Origin: Escherichia phage EPFV3-03/2025
Sequence record: PV435126.1
Strand: one strand, 5' to 3'
DNA length: 64,000 bases
The position numbers and the translations under genes were made by a program. This document shows positions 29,135 to 37,123 of this stretch, piece after piece; the stretch's first letter is position 1; the number at the start of each line of letters is the position of its first letter. Below the pieces are notes generated by a model that had not been told where the DNA came from, did no database searches, and saw only the letters and a list, made by a program, of their open reading frames with translations.

Positions 29135-29431
29135 TTGAAAATCCCTGGCACATCAAGTATAAGGGGGATTTCTAAAATGGATTTCCTCCTTTTGATATTT
29201 TACCTAGCCGGATATTTTAAAATTCCTAGAAAATCAGAAAATGGATCGAAAACTAAAATGGATTTTTTCAAGACAGGCACGATAAGCTGCGCTGCTCATT
29301 CTATCATTCGCACCGTACTCCAAATCACCGTTCCAGATTTTCCGCACACACTCTCGCCCTTCTACCAGAACTTTCCCAACTTACCTTCGGCCTTTTATGA
29401 CAATAAGTTAATTATTATCAGTAAGTTTTGA
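29135..29431 (+). CDS. hypothetical protein (98 aa), doubtful
   Basis: ORF-track ORF with non-ATG start; low-complexity; adjacent to repeat region. Confidence 0.25.
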   Translation: MKIPGTSSIRGISKMDFLLLIFYLAGYFKIPRKSENGSKTKMDFFKTGTISCAAHSIIRTVLQITVPDFPHTLSPFYQNFPNLPSAFYDNKLIIISKF

Positions 29432-29444
29432 TACATCTCTCTCA

Positions 29445-29625
29445 GTACTCGATCTGTTTTTCATTTCAAAGATTGGATTTTCTGAAAAATTTTCTCGATA
29501 AATTTTTCGGTACTCGATCTGTTTTTCGTTTTCTGAATCAGATTTTCTGGAAATCGTTCCGGCGCTCGACCTGAAATTTTTGGGGACGAAATCGATTTTT
29601 CGTTTTCAGAAACGGATTTTTAAAA
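29445..29625. repeat. AT-rich degenerate tandem repeats (about 65-bp unit, 3-4 copies)
   Basis: Units beginning gtactcgatctgtttttc at 29445 and 29510, degenerate copies near 29565 and 29590. Confidence 0.6.
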
Positions 29626-29734
29626 TTTCTATATGGGAATATTTTAGGAGGTATTATTTTATATAGAATTGTCACGGTAGGTAATTAGCATGCTAACTAA
29701 ATTTATGAAATGCGAAAAGTTCTCATTTAGAATT

Positions 29735-29753
29735 TTGAATGATAATCATTCTC
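29735..29753. promoter_or_regulatory. Fur-box-like site 1
   Basis: ttgaatgataatcattctc matches 15/19 of Fur consensus GATAATGATAATCATTATC. Confidence 0.3.
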
Positions 29754-29985
29754 GTTTGCAGAATAACGGGCACCCCCGGTGATTGTCTCCCGGCCCCTAC
29801 TGCCCCGGCTTGTTATTATAGTATCACACAGGACAAAGAAAGCAAGAAGTTTTTGCATAAATTTTTAGACGATAATGATAATCGTTCTCATTTCATGCAG
29901 CGCCCATCCCCGGTGGTTGTCTCCCCCGTCACCGGTGCCTGCCGTCCTTTCGATATGTATATTGTGCCACCTGGCGGGGCCGCTG
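29738..29985. repeat. two copies of an about 110-bp direct repeat (29738-29845 and 29871-29985)
   Basis: Each copy: gataatc(a/g)ttctc..gcag..ccccggtg(a/g)ttgtctccc..tat(t)at..ac. Confidence 0.6.
29871..29889. promoter_or_regulatory. Fur-box-like site 2
   Basis: gataatgataatcgttctc matches 17/19 of Fur consensus; overlaps a possible -10 downstream of TTGCAT 29854-29859. Confidence 0.35.
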
Positions 29986-30102
29986 TCAACACTTTTCAAA
30001 AAAAAAAATTCTAACCTGATGCGCTAACCGCTGCAACCTGGCGGGGCCAGCCTGGTGGGCCTACGCTATAGGATAGGCAACAATTGAAGAGGAGGTACAA
30101 AA

Positions 30103-30279
30103 ATGAAAGGTAATAGGATCCCCCTGGAAAATGTAGCTATTAATAACGCTGAGGCTATCGCCCTGGTTGAAAAGGCTATGGCGGGAGCGTTGGAACATAA
30201 AGAAGAGTACGAAAAAATGATGGTCAACCTAGCAGGGGCGGCGGCTGGAGAATTCTACCCAAAAAATAATTTTAACTAG
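30103..30279 (+). CDS. hypothetical small protein (58 aa)
   Basis: ORF below track cutoff; GAAGAGGAGG upstream of ATG 30103. Confidence 0.4.
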   Translation: MKGNRIPLENVAINNAEAIALVEKAMAGALEHKEEYEKMMVNLAGAAAGEFYPKNNFN

Positions 30280-30282
30280 TGG

Positions 30283-30311
30283 TTGACAGCTCGGACAGTT
30301 TTTGTTATTCT
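30283..30311 (+). promoter_or_regulatory. sigma70-type promoter
   Basis: -35 TTGACA 30283-30288, 17-bp spacer, -10 TATTCT 30306-30311. Confidence 0.45.
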
Positions 30312-30364
30312 TATCCTCGCAAGGTGAACAACACCACACTAATCAACAGAGAGGATAAAAAATC

Positions 30365-30562
30365 ATGAACGCCTACGGAATTAAAGTACGTCGCAGCACT
30401 CGCCAGGTGGTCACCGATCAAATGATTTGCCAGGTGGATGTGACCATCAACAACGGGCAAGGCCTTTATAAATTCCGTCGCGGTCAGAGCTATACCCGGC
30501 AACAGCTTAATCGTTGCGCCCTGACAAAAGGCCAGATCAACCACTGGTTTAATAAAAAATAA
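30365..30562 (+). CDS. hypothetical protein (65 aa)
   Basis: ORF with conserved leader agaggataaaaaatcATG. Confidence 0.5.
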   Translation: MNAYGIKVRRSTRQVVTDQMICQVDVTINNGQGLYKFRRGQSYTRQQLNRCALTKGQINHWFNKK

Positions 30563-30565
30563 GTA

Positions 30566-30594
30566 TTGACATATAGGCCGACACCAAATACACT
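30566..30594 (+). promoter_or_regulatory. sigma70-type promoter
   Basis: -35 TTGACA 30566-30571, 17-bp spacer, -10 TACACT 30589-30594. Confidence 0.45.
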
Positions 30595-30626
30595 AAAAGC
30601 ACAAAAGACACTGAGAGGATAAAATC

Positions 30627-31025
30627 ATGAAAACCACCACCTTTAATTTTGATAATGCGGACTTTTCTTTTTCTGATGTCAATAACTGCCGCCGTGATCG
30701 TGGATTTTACAAGGCCTATAATCTGGTGGGCCTGGATGATGACAATAATTTGCACGAAGTAGCTGAGATCCGGTATTATGCCGCCGCCAGCGGGAACACT
30801 CATTACTGCGTTTTTTGGATACACGACAACAAGAACAATAAGTACGGCTATACTGGCGGCAAGGCGAGCGGACACGGTTATGATAAAGCCAACGCAGCAC
30901 TTGAGAGCGCATTAAATGCTATGGGGATCACTGCCGACGGCTGGATCTACGAAGAAGAGTTTTTGTCGGCACTTGCTGACCGCCTGGGCTATAAAAAGCA
31001 CATTGTGACATGTGCCCACGAATAA
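30627..31025 (+). CDS. hypothetical protein (132 aa)
   Basis: ORF with conserved leader gagaggataaaatcATG. Confidence 0.5.
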   Translation: MKTTTFNFDNADFSFSDVNNCRRDRGFYKAYNLVGLDDDNNLHEVAEIRYYAAASGNTHYCVFWIHDNKNNKYGYTGGKASGHGYDKANAALESALNAMGITADGWIYEEEFLSALADRLGYKKHIVTCAHE

Positions 31026-31031
31026 AAATCA

Positions 31032-31059
31032 TTGACACGCTGCAAAATTCAAGTAAACT
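31032..31059 (+). promoter_or_regulatory. possible sigma70-type promoter
   Basis: -35 TTGACA 31032-31037; -10-like TAAACT 31054-31059; followed by leader hairpin ggcggga..tcccgcc. Confidence 0.35.
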
Positions 31060-31107
31060 AGGCACAAAAGGCGGGAATGTCTCCCGCCAACATAAAGGAA
31101 AAAGATC

Positions 31108-31512
31108 ATGAATAAGAACGTACGCCGCATCATGAACGAGCTGGCAAACGATGAAAAAATTATTGACATGCATTTGATCAACATTTGCCGCCGTTGTGTA
31201 ACATACAACAACCGCGCCGCAAAAGCGCGTGAGATGAACGCAAAAGGCACCTTAAAGCCATTTCAGGTGGTGGTAAAGGCCATTAAAGATGTAACTAATA
31301 CGGCAAACCAGGCACAGGAGAACACCAACGAGAGTACCAATATTGATCCGGCTTACATCATGAAACGGATCCGGATCTGTAAGAATAAAGAGCAGATATA
31401 TAACGTCATAGATTGGTTGGATTCTATGGGCGACGTGGTGTACAACAGGTTTTCTGCAGCTATTGAGATCCAGCTTGACAGGTTGGACGGGAAAGTACTG
31501 AAAACTTATTAA
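31108..31512 (+). CDS. hypothetical protein (134 aa)
   Basis: ORF in small-gene array. Confidence 0.5.
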   Translation: MNKNVRRIMNELANDEKIIDMHLINICRRCVTYNNRAAKAREMNAKGTLKPFQVVVKAIKDVTNTANQAQENTNESTNIDPAYIMKRIRICKNKEQIYNVIDWLDSMGDVVYNRFSAAIEIQLDRLDGKVLKTY

Positions 31513-31513
31513 G

Positions 31514-31559
31514 TTTATTTTTAGATGGCCTTGACTCCAGGGCCATCAATAAAGTAAAC
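31514..31559 (+). repeat. promoter-embedded palindromic repeat, copy 1
   Basis: tttatttttaGATGGCCttgactccagGGCCATCaataaagtaaac; 7-bp inverted repeat flanking TTGACT. Confidence 0.6.
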
Positions 31560-31592
31560 TAGTCTCAACTAAGCGAAAAAGGGGGCTTTAAG

Positions 31593-31712
31593 ATGAGCAC
31601 TACACGCCCATACACAAAGGTAACTATTATCGTTTGCGTTGTCGGTTACATCCTGGCGCAAATGTTAATGAGTAGCGCCAACAGTTTTGCAAAATTTTTC
31701 TTAAATTTTTAA
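31593..31712 (+). CDS. hypothetical small hydrophobic peptide (39 aa)
   Basis: ATG 31593 after AAGGGGG; TIIVCVVGYILAQMLM hydrophobic core; below track cutoff. Confidence 0.35.
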   Translation: MSTTRPYTKVTIIVCVVGYILAQMLMSSANSFAKFFLNF

Positions 31713-31740
31713 TTGACAAGCTAACCCAAATCAGTATACT
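31713..31740 (+). promoter_or_regulatory. sigma70-type promoter
   Basis: -35 TTGACA 31713-31718, 16-bp spacer, -10 TATACT 31735-31740. Confidence 0.55.
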
Positions 31741-31795
31741 TAAACACGTAAACGGGAAAACTTCCCAAAACACAAAAAAAAAAGGAGAAAACACC

Positions 31796-32137
31796 ATGAC
31801 TACTATGACCGCCGCAGAAAAAGCTATGCAGATCGCCGCGCTGAAAAAACAGATCGCAGACCTTGAGAACAAGATCGATAACTTTGAAATCGACGAGGAC
31901 AAGTACGACGAAAACTATGATGACTGGTTAGACGAGATCTACGGCGAAATTATGATCGGTAACATTTCTTTTCTTCCGTCGCGTATCCTCAAGGAGTTAG
32001 ATCCTATCGCTTACCGCTGCGGATTTAGCGACTACATCGACAGCTTGGATATTGAGGACGATGAAGAATATCAAGAATTGCAGGCAGAGCTGGAAGAAGT
32101 GAAAGAGGAGCTTTCAGAGCTGGAAGAAAACGAGTAA
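31796..32137 (+). CDS. hypothetical highly acidic protein (113 aa)
   Basis: Asp/Glu-rich throughout with coiled-coil-like heptads. Confidence 0.5.
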   Translation: MTTMTAAEKAMQIAALKKQIADLENKIDNFEIDEDKYDENYDDWLDEIYGEIMIGNISFLPSRILKELDPIAYRCGFSDYIDSLDIEDDEEYQELQAELEEVKEELSELEENE

Positions 32138-32139
32138 AA

Positions 32140-32185
32140 TTTATTTTTAGATGGCCTTGACTCTAGGGCCATCAATAAAGTAAAC
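32140..32185 (+). repeat. promoter-embedded palindromic repeat, copy 2
   Basis: tttatttttaGATGGCCttgactctagGGCCATCaataaagtaaac; upstream of ORF 32226. Confidence 0.6.
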
Positions 32186-32225
32186 TTTACACTGTTAACA
32201 CTGAACTGATGAGGAGTTAAAACCC

Positions 32226-32471
32226 ATGGCAGCACTAATCACAAAATATTATGCGCCCACCAACACCAAAAGCGCCCGTATCATGGTAAAAGGCTTCGGA
32301 CGTAAAAAGGTTTACGCCTGGGACTATTCCCTAGATATGGAAGACAATTATACCAACGTAATGACCGATTTTATTAATGATCTGAATAAACAGATCTTAA
32401 CCGACTACAAAGTGACCGATATTGCTTACATAGGTGAAGGCGGGATCTGTTTTGTAGGCATTGTGAAATAG
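32226..32471 (+). CDS. hypothetical protein (81 aa)
   Basis: ORF preceded by GAGGAG. Confidence 0.5.
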   Translation: MAALITKYYAPTNTKSARIMVKGFGRKKVYAWDYSLDMEDNYTNVMTDFINDLNKQILTDYKVTDIAYIGEGGICFVGIVK

Positions 32472-32472
32472 T

Positions 32473-32520
32473 TATTTTTTCGGTGGTCCTGGTTGCAGGG
32501 CCATCTATAAAGATAATTTA
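32473..32520 (+). repeat. promoter-embedded palindromic repeat, degenerate copy
   Basis: ttattttttcggtggtcctggttgcagGGCCATCtataaagataattta; upstream of ORF 32548. Confidence 0.4.
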
Positions 32521-32547
32521 TTAACACCATGAAAGGAGAAAGTACAC

Positions 32548-32901
32548 ATGATTAGCGGGGCTAGTTTTATTATTGGCGCTATTGCTACGGCTTTAATTGT
32601 AAACAAGATCCAGGATAAAAAGGAAAGAGGAAGTACCGCCCTTGCAGAATATCCATTTTGGACATTTAACGATAACGAAGATTATATTATAAAGTATAAA
32701 AATAAAGAAGGCGACCAAGTAACACCGCGACCGATCCCGGCTTACAAAATGCAGGAAACACTATACCGCTTGGAGGCGGGGGGCGCAAAAATTGTTGACT
32801 TTTGGGGATACGACCACACAGATCAGGAAGTTATAAAGCGCCGTATCCGGGCTATTCAGGCCAATATTGAGGTTAACAAGGGGGGAATATATGAAAATTA
32901 A
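32548..32901 (+). CDS. hypothetical protein with N-terminal hydrophobic segment (117 aa)
   Basis: MISGASFIIGAIATALIV hydrophobic N-terminus. Confidence 0.5.
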   Translation: MISGASFIIGAIATALIVNKIQDKKERGSTALAEYPFWTFNDNEDYIIKYKNKEGDQVTPRPIPAYKMQETLYRLEAGGAKIVDFWGYDHTDQEVIKRRIRAIQANIEVNKGGIYEN

Positions 32902-33088
32902 TTTCGAGAAAATTGTAAAGCGCCCTCATGATTCCGAAGAGTTGCCAGAACGCCGACAGCGCAACAATAAACTGAATAGGCCAAAAAGGTTTGGGAAGAT
33001 CTGGCGGAATCATTATGATCGTAAATTGCCCGGCCTACTTTTGGAACGTGAACGACAGGCAGAACGATACCGCCATAAAGACAAATAA
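32891..33088 (+). CDS. hypothetical basic protein (65 aa)
   Basis: Start at ATG 32891 after GGGGG; Arg/Lys-rich; followed by terminator. Confidence 0.4.
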   Translation: MKINFEKIVKRPHDSEELPERRQRNNKLNRPKRFGKIWRNHYDRKLPGLLLERERQAERYRHKDK

Positions 33089-33096
33089 CAACCAAC

Positions 33097-33126
33097 GCCC
33101 CGCCATTGTGCGGGGCTTTTTATTTC
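33097..33126 (+). terminator. rho-independent terminator
   Basis: GCCCCGC-cattgt-GCGGGGC stem-loop followed by TTTTTATTT. Confidence 0.75.
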
Positions 33127-33247
33127 TATCCTACGAATAGCGCCCCTGGTTGGCCCTGTAAGCGCCAAAAAGGCCCCCACCTATGCAATCGCCCCCCTTT
33201 AACCTGAAAGCATCGCCTAGGGCCGTTTTATAGCGTTAAAAATATCA

Positions 33248-33275
33248 TTGACATCGTCAACAGGTTAGCTATAAT
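33248..33275 (+). promoter_or_regulatory. sigma70-type promoter (consensus)
   Basis: -35 TTGACA 33248-33253, 16-bp spacer, -10 TATAAT 33270-33275. Confidence 0.6.
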
Positions 33276-33307
33276 AACCACATCAAAGAGAGAAAGGAGT
33301 AAACGCC

Positions 33308-33568
33308 ATGCGTAAATTAAAAAATTTTGATAAAGTTGATGTTATCCTGAATAATTTTTACTACTGCAACAACAAGGCTATTTGGTGGCGTGATAGTTCC
33401 ACCGATAAAGTCAGGGCGCGCTTTCTCCAAGGTCACTGGCAAGGCCGCCCAGTGATTAAAATCATGGGGCAATTGGTAGCGTTTAAAAATTGCCGCCGTG
33501 TTGATGACGTTGAAGAGATTTTAAACATTTTGCGCCACAATAATTTAAAAAATAGTGTTGACAAGTAA
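33308..33568 (+). CDS. hypothetical protein (86 aa)
   Basis: ORF downstream of consensus promoter. Confidence 0.5.
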   Translation: MRKLKNFDKVDVILNNFYYCNNKAIWWRDSSTDKVRARFLQGHWQGRPVIKIMGQLVAFKNCRRVDDVEEILNILRHNNLKNSVDK

Positions 33569-33585
33569 ATCTCAATAAGTATAAT
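33558..33585 (+). promoter_or_regulatory. sigma70-type promoter (consensus)
   Basis: -35 TTGACA 33558-33563, 16-bp spacer, -10 TATAAT 33580-33585; followed by leader hairpin ggcgggaaaacttcccgcc. Confidence 0.6.
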
Positions 33586-33642
33586 TAAACACACAGGCGG
33601 GAAAACTTCCCGCCACTAACAAAGAAAACAGGAGAAAATATC

Positions 33643-34266
33643 ATGACCACCGTTAACATTACCACAGGTTACAATTTACCTTTCGACGTGCTGACCGACG
33701 AACAAAAAGAAAAAGCCATTGAAATGGTACGCGAAAGAGAAGAACACAGCGGGGATAATTTTTTTGCAGAAAGCGTAATTGAACACTATAAAGAATATGT
33801 CTTTCCAGAGTACGGCCTTGAAGATACCGAAGTACATTGGTCCGGCTTTTGGTGTCAAGGCGATGGCGCATCGATCAGTGCTGAAAATGTAGACTTAGAA
33901 AAATTCTTGCGTAAAGTCAAGGCCCTGACCAAGTTCAGATCAATTCGTCACTTGTTCGGCACAATGCACGATGGCGAACTATCCGCCAGTATTGAACGCG
34001 ACAAGTACAGCCATTACAGCCATGAAAACACTGTAAGCGGGTACATTGATACCACATGGCTAGATCTGACCGCTAAACAAGAAAACAAAGTGGAAGACCT
34101 GGAAGAACTGATCACCGAGACGGTACGGGAGCTATCCCGCAAGGTTTACGTAGACCTGGAGCAAGCCTATCTTGAACAATTCACTACCGAAAACCTGATC
34201 GGCCTTATCGAGGCCAATGATTGGCGGTTTGATGTGGATGAATATGGCGAGATGACTTTTTCATAA
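33643..34266 (+). CDS. hypothetical protein (207 aa)
   Basis: ORF downstream of consensus promoter; acidic. Confidence 0.55.
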   Translation: MTTVNITTGYNLPFDVLTDEQKEKAIEMVREREEHSGDNFFAESVIEHYKEYVFPEYGLEDTEVHWSGFWCQGDGASISAENVDLEKFLRKVKALTKFRSIRHLFGTMHDGELSASIERDKYSHYSHENTVSGYIDTTWLDLTAKQENKVEDLEELITETVRELSRKVYVDLEQAYLEQFTTENLIGLIEANDWRFDVDEYGEMTFS

Positions 34267-34274
34267 ATAAAGTG

Positions 34275-34302
34275 TTGCAATAACCTAAAAACCTGCTATA
34301 TT
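34275..34302 (+). promoter_or_regulatory. sigma70-type promoter
   Basis: -35 TTGCAA 34275-34280, 16-bp spacer, -10 TATATT 34297-34302; leader hairpin gggggcaagacgtttgccccc follows. Confidence 0.45.
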
Positions 34303-34356
34303 AAAACTCAAGGGGGCAAGACGTTTGCCCCCACACAAAACAAAGAGGAAAACATC

Positions 34357-34737
34357 ATGAAAAACACTACTAAAGCTATTGACACCGTCATGTTTAACCT
34401 GGTTACCTTTCGCGAGGATATGAAAGATCTTCCACGTGAAACAGTGTGCGATCACATTGAAAACTATCGCAAACTAATCAAAGAGTTGCCTTTAAAACGT
34501 GATCAGTATGCGGCTAATGCCATGCTTAATGCCATGATCAAAAAGATGATCCAGTGTGATTTAACTCTGGCCTATGACTATGCGGGTGGTCGTTTTGCAG
34601 TATACAATCAGCCCGTGCCAGGTATGGGCACCACCGAAGAATTGCACGCGCTCAATCTAAAACAAGACGTGTGGGATAGTATGCCTCGCGTGGTGGTGTG
34701 GGCAGAAAGCGGAAAGATTTACGGCGATAATTTTTAA
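34357..34737 (+). CDS. hypothetical protein (126 aa)
   Basis: ORF followed by intrinsic terminator. Confidence 0.5.
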   Translation: MKNTTKAIDTVMFNLVTFREDMKDLPRETVCDHIENYRKLIKELPLKRDQYAANAMLNAMIKKMIQCDLTLAYDYAGGRFAVYNQPVPGMGTTEELHALNLKQDVWDSMPRVVVWAESGKIYGDNF

Positions 34738-34746
34738 TCAGGTAAC

Positions 34747-34773
34747 AGGCGGCATATTTGCCGCCTTATTGTT
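34747..34773 (+). terminator. rho-independent terminator
   Basis: AGGCGGC-atattt-GCCGCCT stem-loop followed by TATTGTT. Confidence 0.6.
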
Positions 34774-34801
34774 AAACAGAACTGCAAAAGAGGTACATAG
34801 A

Positions 34802-35173
34802 ATGGAATTTATTATTTTGGCTGTATTGGTTGCCTTGTTTAACGCCTGGATCGCTGGCAAGATGGGTAGATCCGCCTTTTTATGGTTTATTATATCTATT
34901 TTCCTGGGGGTGGTTGCAACTATTGTATTGGTTATCCTTGCAATTGTTGACAAGGGGAATAATAGAAAGGGTAAAGTATTTTCAGACCTGTACGACGCTC
35001 AAACGTTTGTCAACGCCTATTATAGTGATCTTCCGGTCTCCTTGCGTTGCAGCCTTGCACAACAAGTTTTCGATGAAGCTAAAACCAGAGATCAAGCCCA
35101 TGAGATATGTTTAACTGAGGCGGATCGCCTATTTGAGAGGAATAGAAAATATGTGGGCCAACCGTTTAAATAA
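34802..35173 (+). CDS. hypothetical membrane protein (123 aa)
   Basis: Start at ATG 34802 (ORF-track start lies in terminator); two hydrophobic helices. Confidence 0.5.
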   Translation: MEFIILAVLVALFNAWIAGKMGRSAFLWFIISIFLGVVATIVLVILAIVDKGNNRKGKVFSDLYDAQTFVNAYYSDLPVSLRCSLAQQVFDEAKTRDQAHEICLTEADRLFERNRKYVGQPFK

Positions 35174-35396
35174 TGCCATGTTAATTAATCCCTTTAGTGA
35201 AGATTTGAAGCCAGCCGCCTGGCGTGACGGATTCAATAACGAACGCTTTATTTTCAGGCCTGATCTTGAGGAATTTTATAACAATGGATCGAACAACAGC
35301 GGAGATAATTTTTCTTGTGATGTGCGTGGTGATGGTACTCCTGGGGGCCATTGTAAACCACGTCACTACTACCAGAAGGGAAGGGGGAGACGATGA
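35151..35396 (+). CDS. hypothetical protein (81 aa)
   Basis: Start at ATG 35151 after GAGAGG; overlaps upstream gene end. Confidence 0.4.
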   Translation: MWANRLNNAMLINPFSEDLKPAAWRDGFNNERFIFRPDLEEFYNNGSNNSGDNFSCDVRGDGTPGGHCKPRHYYQKGRGRR

Positions 35397-35512
35397 CACC
35401 CAAGGATAAGCCCCGCACCGATAAGGTGCGCCGCGTTATGGTATGGCTTGAGATTATCGCCCTTGAAATATTGCTGGGCGTAGGGATGTACTTTATCGCT
35501 GTAAGTAACTAA
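35393..35512 (+). CDS. hypothetical small membrane peptide (39 aa)
   Basis: ATGA overlap with upstream stop; VMVWLEIIALEILLGVGMYFIAV; followed by terminator. Confidence 0.35.
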   Translation: MTPKDKPRTDKVRRVMVWLEIIALEILLGVGMYFIAVSN

Positions 35513-35516
35513 GAAC

Positions 35517-35543
35517 GGCCCCCGATCATGGGGGCCTATCTTT
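35517..35543 (+). terminator. rho-independent terminator
   Basis: GGCCCCC-gatcat-GGGGGCC stem-loop followed by TATCTTT. Confidence 0.65.
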
Positions 35544-35648
35544 AAAAAAAATTCTTCCGGGGTGTTGCAATCCGGTCCGGAATGTGGATAATAACAATCA
35601 ACGGGGAGCTAATCCCCACCACCACAAAAACCAGAAAGGAGAAACAAA

Positions 35649-35849
35649 ATGAGCAACAATATCCGCGTTATTAACTTCAAAAAAGAAGAAAAAATTGCCG
35701 TGCTGATTGACGGTCAAGAAATCTTCAAGGGCGACTATGAAGATCATCAAACGGCGATTAGTATCACTCGCGTAATTGGTTATCATAATTTCTACCCCCA
35801 AGGCGCTGAGGCAGCAGTTAAACGAATCAAAGAGATTGTAGGCCTGTAA
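35649..35849 (+). CDS. hypothetical protein (66 aa)
   Basis: ORF preceded by AAGGAG. Confidence 0.5.
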   Translation: MSNNIRVINFKKEEKIAVLIDGQEIFKGDYEDHQTAISITRVIGYHNFYPQGAEAAVKRIKEIVGL

Positions 35850-35851
35850 AA

Positions 35852-35897
35852 TTTATTTTTAGATGGCCTTGACTTCAGGGCCATCAATAAAGTAAAT
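35852..35897 (+). repeat. promoter-embedded palindromic repeat, copy 3
   Basis: tttatttttaGATGGCCttgacttcagGGCCATCaataaagtaaat; upstream of ORF 35941. Confidence 0.6.
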
Positions 35898-35940
35898 TTA
35901 AACCCTGTTAAAATAATCAGTGCAAAAAGGAGCAATGATC

Positions 35941-36240
35941 ATGTTTATACCCGCCAATAATCTTTATTTCTTTGATGGTCAGATCGTAGACGGCGTGGAA
36001 GTTGAGATCACTGGGTGCCTCGGCGGTCAGGTTATGACTTTTCGGAATAATGCCTTTGATGATTCTCGTATCGTTATGAGAATGGAAGTTACGAAGCTGG
36101 ACGACAAGAAAGTACTTATTGACTATTCTGTGAAAGATCATCCAGACTACCACATGATCTATGGTGATTTGTGCATTGTTGACCGTGACAAAGTGGGCGG
36201 CATTGTGATCGCTATTGTGAACGATGTTTTCTCTGTATAG
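35941..36240 (+). CDS. hypothetical protein (99 aa)
   Basis: Start at ATG 35941, 8 nt after AAGGAG. Confidence 0.5.
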   Translation: MFIPANNLYFFDGQIVDGVEVEITGCLGGQVMTFRNNAFDDSRIVMRMEVTKLDDKKVLIDYSVKDHPDYHMIYGDLCIVDRDKVGGIVIAIVNDVFSV

Positions 36241-36301
36241 TTCCGGCAAATGATGCAAAATAAGGCCCCTAGCAGGGCCTGCAGCGATATAATCACATAA
36301 A

Positions 36302-36332
36302 GGCTATGCGGTTGCATGGCCTTTATTATTTT
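36302..36332 (+). terminator. rho-independent terminator
   Basis: GGCTATGC-ggtt-GCATGGCC stem-loop followed by TTTATTATTTT. Confidence 0.6.
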
Positions 36333-36464
36333 AGCGTTACAGCGGCCCCCAAGGCGCTTAAAAATTCTTTAAAGAAGTACTTGCATCAAGCCCTACAATA
36401 TGGATAATAGGACGTGTCAGGGGGGCGGCCCCAATCATTAACCGGATAGATAGGAGTTAAAACC

Positions 36465-36749
36465 ATGGCTATTGTTACCGCTGGCGATGTAGTAGAAATG
36501 GAAGCAAAATACTTAAAAGCGGGTATGCATATCTTACGGAATGATCAAGAGTTATTATTAACGATGGTCGACTATAATCCCGGCCAGGATTATCCAAGCA
36601 TCGACTACTTTTTTGAGTATGTTGATGAAGAATTAAAAGAGGATGAGGCCTATTGCGGTGAGTTCTGCAATTTCTTTTGTCCTGATGAGGTTGTAAAGGT
36701 TATCTATCAACCTGGCGTAGCTTTCCCGCTGCACGCTATCAATAAATAA
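36465..36749 (+). CDS. hypothetical protein (94 aa)
   Basis: ORF preceded by TAGGAG. Confidence 0.5.
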   Translation: MAIVTAGDVVEMEAKYLKAGMHILRNDQELLLTMVDYNPGQDYPSIDYFFEYVDEELKEDEAYCGEFCNFFCPDEVVKVIYQPGVAFPLHAINK

Positions 36750-36814
36750 ACCTGGCGGGGCCGAAAAGGCCCCTACAGCATAAAATCATAAAAAATAAAG
36801 AGAGGCAAATCATC

Positions 36815-37048
36815 ATGATGGAACAAATTAAACGCGCTGAGGCTATTAATGGCAATGTGATCTATTTTGTCAGCAAAAACGAAAAAGGCGTACCATATGC
36901 GGCGGTAATAGTACAGCCTGACGGAGATTATTGGTTTACTGTATACGGATCTTATTCTTTTGGGCGTCCAGTGCATGATAAAATTTTGAAAGTAGCGAAC
37001 CCCACCGGGAAGAATATCACGGCAGAAAAATTTTTTGAAAAGTGTTGA
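36815..37048 (+). CDS. hypothetical protein (77 aa)
   Basis: ORF with leader aagagaggcaaatcatcATG. Confidence 0.5.
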   Translation: MMEQIKRAEAINGNVIYFVSKNEKGVPYAAVIVQPDGDYWFTVYGSYSFGRPVHDKILKVANPTGKNITAEKFFEKC

Positions 37049-37075
37049 CATGACCATATAAAACTGTAGTATATA
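37045..37075 (+). promoter_or_regulatory. possible sigma70-type promoter
   Basis: -35 TTGACA 37045-37050; -10-like TATATA 37070-37075 with long spacer. Confidence 0.3.
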
Positions 37076-37123
37076 AATCAAAGGGGGCAACAAGCCCCAC
37101 CAACCACAAAGAGGATAAAAATC

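Noticed and set aside
29445-29625. Tandem repeats as a CRISPR array
   Set aside because: Only 3-4 degenerate AT-rich copies, no regular spacers, no cas genes; not CRISPR-like.
29739-30014. 91-aa ORF across the Fur-box-like repeats
   Set aside because: The two DNA repeat copies translate to unrelated peptides in this frame; no RBS; more likely non-coding.
31514-31559. GATGGCC...GGCCATC hairpin repeat as intrinsic terminator
   Set aside because: No U-tract follows the stem on either strand; the embedded TTGACT and gene-proximal position fit a promoter/operator better.
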